64,000 nucleotides of DNA from Octopus sinensis. Lineage: Eukaryota. The DNA is taken from assembly GCF_006345805.1 (NCBI RefSeq), contig NC_042997.1, positions 117,490,001 through 117,554,000 on the forward strand. Direction: 5' to 3'. Positions 1 to 64,000 of this stretch are shown one piece after another; position 1 is the stretch's first letter, and each line of letters opens with the position of its first letter. The notes under the pieces are model-generated. The model did no database searches and had not been told where the DNA came from. It saw nothing but the letters and a program-made list of their open reading frames with translations. The translations under genes were made by a program, and so were the position numbers.

Positions 1-239
1 ATATATCAAGATGTGAAAATAAGAGCGTTGATTTGTCTGTATTGACGTTTTAATTGTATTTGGTTCCATTGGGGGTCGATTTGGCAGGCACAGCGTTTAG
101 CTATTGTCTATATAAAGAGGTGTGTAAAACATTTTCATTCTCATGGTGCCAAACCAAGCGAATACATGCAGGAGGAGCTAAAGGTGAATCTATTTTTCAA
201 GTGTTTATATTAGAGTCATACAAGAAATACTGTCCTTAC

Positions 240-63611
<63,372 letters not shown>

Positions 63612-63838
63612 CTGAAAAAGAGAAAAAAAAAATTGTTACAACCATCAATTATTTCAGTCACTTTTTTTTATAAGGCAATTGATGAACCCGGGGTTTCTGA
63701 TGGCATATGTGGTAAGGAAGTGTCTCTAAGCCGGTGTGGGACAAATATTTCAAGGGAATTGAATTTGAATTTCTAATGCTTTGTTACTATTTTATACATT
63801 CTATCCATAAATTGGTTACATATATTTGTATGTGTGTG

Positions 63839-63894
<56 letters not shown>

Positions 63895-64000
63895 ATATAT
63901 TATATATATATATATATACTACTAATATAGGATGAAGTTTTTTTACAGAAAAAAATTCCATCAAAAAATGTGGCACCATATTAAAATACCTTTAAGGTTA

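Noticed and set aside
63675-63711. Apparent 37-nt plus-strand exon (tttttataag|...|gtaagg)
   Set aside because: No partner exons or homology; such splice-like pairs arise by chance. Only RNA-seq could support an antisense transcript.

Overview
AT-rich, microsatellite-dense animal DNA. The SINE, Helitron and Penelope repertoire suggests an octopus/coleoid cephalopod (inference from pattern recognition, not a search). One protein-coding gene spans the window on the minus strand: an SLC5 sodium:solute symporter of the SMCT/SMVT/NIS (SLC5A8/A6/A5-like) group. Nine coding exons can be assembled (63276-63611, 46498-46566, 29642-29693, 27615-27682, 26844-26924, 11174-11244, 10311-10448, 8537-8672, 240-328; 1040 nt), all with GT-AG boundaries and compatible phases; the 3' exons lie beyond position 1. 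The introns contain at least five tRNA-derived SINE families, a young but frameshifted CR1-like LINE, and remnants of RTE, Tx1/L1, R4/Dong-type and Penelope-like elements. They also hold mariner, Tc1 and Chapaev3-like transposases, non-autonomous Helitrons, fold-back MITEs and a near-identical 1.2-kb tandem duplication. The most unusual signal is a set of six Penelope-type minimal hammerhead-ribozyme folds with different catalytic cores, including a G3:C8 compensatory swap and an A6U variant; three lie in the sense orientation of the pre-mRNA. Two apparent LINE-SINE 3'-end partnerships are also visible. Repeat coordinates are read by eye (roughly +/-10-30 nt); exon coordinates are exact.
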